Positions 63,161 to 64,000 of a DNA stretch of 64,000 nucleotides are shown here, in pieces (position 1 is the first letter of the stretch; every line of letters begins with the position of its first letter). Origin of the DNA: Dendrobates tinctorius (Eukaryota). The position numbers and the translations under genes are program-made. The notes under the pieces are model-generated. The model searched no databases. It had not been told where the DNA came from and saw only the letters and a program-made list of their open reading frames with translations. The stretch is from positions 10,354,001 through 10,418,000 of the forward strand of contig NW_027361840.1 of NCBI RefSeq assembly GCF_039654945.1, read 5' to 3'.

Positions 63161-64000
63161 TCTCAATTCTTAATAAAGTTTTTCCTTTCACATTTCTAAT
63201 TTATTTCACATTAAAAATGTTTTGTGTTTTTGCCTTTTATTAACATTATTTTTAGAGTTTACTTTCCTTTTCTCTCTATTTTTCCCTCATGTTACTTTAT
63301 TTGCTTTGCACTGAGCGGTGCTGCGCTCGCTATTGCTCCTAATATTCCACTCCTCCTTATTTAAAGTCAGCGCCCTGCACCGATGACTGGGGGGCTTACA
63401 AGTGGTGGGCGCTCGCTGAGGCTTCTGCCTGGAATGATGCCTGATTAGTGCCCCCCATATACAGCTGCACATCATCGTATCCCCCACAAGGAGATGTGGT
63501 GGTCTTAGGGCCTCATTCACATTGCAGAGCACGTGCGGCTCCTTTGCTGGCTGTCCGTTTTCTATCATGTCGGTTGCTGGTTTTCTCCCCTTGTCCAAGT
63601 CTATGACGCAGATTTTTTATGTTATTCTGAACTTTTATTTTGCATCATTCAGATTCATTTTTATTTTCACTTGTGTTCTAATTTCAGACTTAATTTCTTC
63701 AGAATACAGAAGTTTAGTAGGCTTCTCACGTGCCGTCTCGCATCCTTCGGACCACTTTCTAGATTGTATGTGTTATTTATATTCTCTGTATCGTCTACTT
63801 ATTATCTTTCTGTTGTATTTTATTACTTTTTTTATCTTTTATTTTTATTTTTTTAATCACTTTTTTTCTTTACTTTTAATTCTGGCTTTGCCCAATTATT
63901 TGCCTATTATTTTTTTTTTTTCCTGGGCTGTCAGGTTTGCTCCTGTCTGTTCCTTGGCGGAGGGAGGAGGGTAAGCTTAGGAGATAACTATGCACCCCCC

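Noticed and set aside
62438-63199. Several 60-185 aa ORFs in the GC-rich region
   Set aside because: Expected in a CpG island; no recognisable domains; only the short ATG-donor exon is supported
63522-63974. Phe/Leu-rich hydrophobic ORFs suggesting a membrane protein
   Set aside because: T-rich low-complexity intronic sequence

Overview
Eukaryotic vertebrate DNA, most likely an anuran (frog); this is inferred from the mix of KRAB-ZNF genes, chromovirus Gypsy, DIRS, Tc1, CR1 and minisatellites. Host genes: (i) a minus-strand first exon encoding a signal peptide (2868-2758); (ii) KRAB-ZNF gene 1 on + (exons 9808-9822, 33728-33854, 35726-39720; ~1378 aa; 13 fingers, 12 of them in three homologous 4-finger modules, plus a 16-aa Ser/Pro repeat); (iii) KRAB-ZNF gene 2 on + (exons 51412-51438, 55257-55383, 55470-55556, 56099-57759; ~633 aa; 15 fingers); (iv) the CpG-rich promoter and first exon of a further + gene (~62.5-63.2 kb). 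The three + promoters share a ZNF143/THAP11-type ACTACAnnTCCC motif plus an ETS motif. The 24-kb first intron of gene 1 is an 86-bp tandem array split by nested elements: chromovirus A with a nested truncated chromovirus C, a Tc1 interrupted by chromovirus B, and a DIRS1 element. Elsewhere there are more Tc1 copies, a non-autonomous LTR element with a tRNA-Ser PBS, solo LTRs, a 5'-truncated CR1 and four large minisatellites. Most notable observations: a tRNA-independent self-priming PBS with a compensatory change between elements A and B; a Pol acidic tail encoded by U3 that stops in the TATA box; the triplicated CCHC-capped zinc-finger modules; a 15-bp micro-inversion between sister LTRs; and a covarying LTR hairpin. 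No prokaryotic systems, CRISPR arrays, rRNA or tRNA genes were seen.
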